Source: Ostrea edulis (Eukaryota). From it: 64,000 nucleotides of DNA. Where the stretch lies: positions 14,322,001 to 14,386,000 of the forward strand of contig NC_079168.1 in assembly GCF_947568905.1 (NCBI RefSeq). Direction: 5' to 3'. This document shows, piece by piece, positions 63,291 through 64,000 of this stretch. A program made the position numbers and the translations under genes. The notes under the pieces are model-generated. The model was not told the origin of the DNA and did no database searches. It saw only the letters and a list, made by a program, of their open reading frames with translations. Each line of letters begins with the position of its first letter. Within the stretch, counting starts at the first letter, position 1.

Positions 63291-64000
63291 TTAATTATTG
63301 AATATTTATTCATTGACAAAAGTTTATACACAGTATTGTCTTCTTCAGATTCATTGTAATTCAGGAACAAGATTTCCATTTTTATATTAAGGAATTAAAG
63401 TAATTTTTACACATATCATATGATCAAAAATAGGTTAAGATAATACGCTTTCTAAACAGAAACTTGTAAATTTATCATATCTACACATACTGTACATAAA
63501 ATAAAGCATCAAATAAAGTTCAATTTACATGTATATACAAGTATATTGATCTACAGTAATGATCAGCATTGAAATCTAAAACACTGCAGCACTTTTGTAA
63601 TCAAGGTGCATTTTCCAGCTGCCATGTTGAAGCCATGATCTGTCAGCAATCAATGAACAGCTCGACCCCTCTAGAATTTGACTGTTATTATAAAAACATG
63701 CAATTTACACTGTAGAAGATGGATCTTTGTAGAACGGGTCTCATGACACTTGTCTACCAGGATAACAAACTTACCGACCATGATTGCTGACTATGATGAA
63801 GATTAAGGGACTTCAATATAACCACTATGAACACAACTACTTGTAATTAACAGCTCAGTAAACTGTTAATTTTCTTCCCACAATGTGATATTTCAATATA
63901 AGAGATATCAAATCAAGTGACATTTTAATTAAAAGAAAAAGAGAAAATGTTAGCGAATTACTTTTATTTCAAAGTAAGTGATTTCAATATAAGAGGAGTA

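Noticed and set aside
63775-63840. Possible further BIRC6 exon ending at the donor at 63774
   Set aside because: The open frame (VVFIVVILKSLNLHH...) shows no BIRC6 similarity that I recognise, so it is left uncalled.

Overview
AT-rich, repeat-rich animal genomic DNA with spliceosomal introns. The repeat families (Cg170-like ~166-bp satellite inside HINE/Helentron-like elements, TTAA-flanked Kolobok-like MITEs) point to an ostreid oyster; this is an inference from recalled repeat motifs, not a database result. Six protein-coding genes were reconstructed by hand. ARMT1 (-, first 3 coding exons, continues off the left edge) is head-to-head with NAA80 (+, 5 exons, complete). CHAC2 (-, 3 exons, complete) follows. 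An intronless DHHC palmitoyltransferase (+) lies tail-to-tail with an intronless SRSF3/7-like RRM gene (-). The last 46 coding exons of BIRC6/BRUCE (-, ~3,890 codons, including the UBC domain) fill the right half; its BIR-containing 5' end lies beyond the right edge. Most interesting observations: (1) a 359-bp miniature LTR retrotransposon (TRIM) whose two LTRs each contain a tRNA-like Pol III cassette, a possible animal analogue of the 5S-bearing plant Cassandra elements; (2) four independent tandem duplications in BIRC6 that copy an exon-intron junction, giving arrays of decoy splice sites, one of them in frame; (3) an SR-protein-like retrogene candidate with an RS-less, novel C-terminal tail; (4) a nested TIR element carrying a RecQ-type helicase fragment.
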